This document shows positions 23,582-23,769 of a stretch of 23,769 nucleotides of DNA, piece after piece. The stretch comes from a bacterium (lineage in GTDB: Bacteria; Margulisbacteria; WOR-1; O2-12-FULL-45-9; XYB2-FULL-48-7), in contig JBDRLW010000019.1 in the NCBI GenBank assembly GCA_043812655.1, positions 1-23,769 on the forward strand. Reading direction: 5' to 3'. Position 1 is the stretch's first letter. Each line of letters starts with the position of its first letter. A program made the position numbers and the translations under genes. Under the pieces are notes generated by a model. It had not been told where the DNA came from and ran no database searches. It saw nothing but the letters and a program-made list of their open reading frames with translations.

Positions 23582-23769
23582 GTGATAAGCCGGAAAACAG
23601 ATTACGCGCTCCGGGGGTTGGTTTACCTGGCCGGACAAAAAGAGGGGGAGTGGATCCCGTCTTCTATTTTGATCAAAAAGCTGCGCGTCCCGCCGGTTTT
23701 TTGGGCCAAGATCGTCCAAACGCTGGTTAAAAATAAGATCATCGGATCACGTAAAGGAAAAGATGGCGG
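23582..23769 (+). CDS. Rrf2-family transcriptional regulator (5' part, runs off the window)
   Basis: GTG start with GGAGGG RBS; MISRKTDYALRGLVYLA...VPPVFWAKIVQTLVKNKIIGSRKGKDGG is a typical Rrf2 wHTH. Not in the ORF track. Confidence 0.9.
   Translation, partial: MISRKTDYALRGLVYLAGQKEGEWIPSSILIKKLRVPPVFWAKIVQTLVKNKIIGSRKGKDG

Noticed and set aside
23288..23719. 143-aa minus-strand ORF
   Set aside because: It overlaps the fprA 3' end, the promoter and the Rrf2 gene on the plus strand, which explain the region better.

Overview
This is a compact bacterial chromosomal window from a probably anaerobic lineage. Gene content and style are reminiscent of the non-photosynthetic relatives of Cyanobacteria such as Saganbacteria/WOR-1, but that is an unverified impression. 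The housekeeping backbone comprises the 3' end of a class V aminotransferase, truA, serA, a patatin-like esterase, a divergent NtrC-type regulator / 7TM histidine kinase pair, a recO-MFS-radical SAM-GT4-NDP-sugar epimerase run, and an O2/ROS-defence cluster (ferritin-like, desulfoferrodoxin, rubredoxin, flavodiiron protein, partial Rrf2). Interspersed are accessory genes, several visibly AT-rich: a secreted beta-rich protein, an MNT-HEPN toxin-antitoxin pair, a Fic protein, a very divergent WaaA-like glycosyltransferase, a thioredoxin-CcdA/lipoprotein/DUF1573 module, an HExxH orphan and a Cys-repeat lipoprotein. Five signals stand out. (1) A degenerate ~130-150 bp direct repeat (last patatin codons + promoter + RBS) brackets the HExxH orphan like a cassette. 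(2) A sigma28-like TGAAATT...(C/T)GATAA motif precedes the three most divergent accessory genes. (3) 7-8 bp tandem repeats are written in-frame into truA, the kinase and fprA. (4) A perfectly symmetric, apparently leaderless bidirectional promoter separates the regulator and kinase. (5) Three different REP-like hairpins sit at gene junctions.
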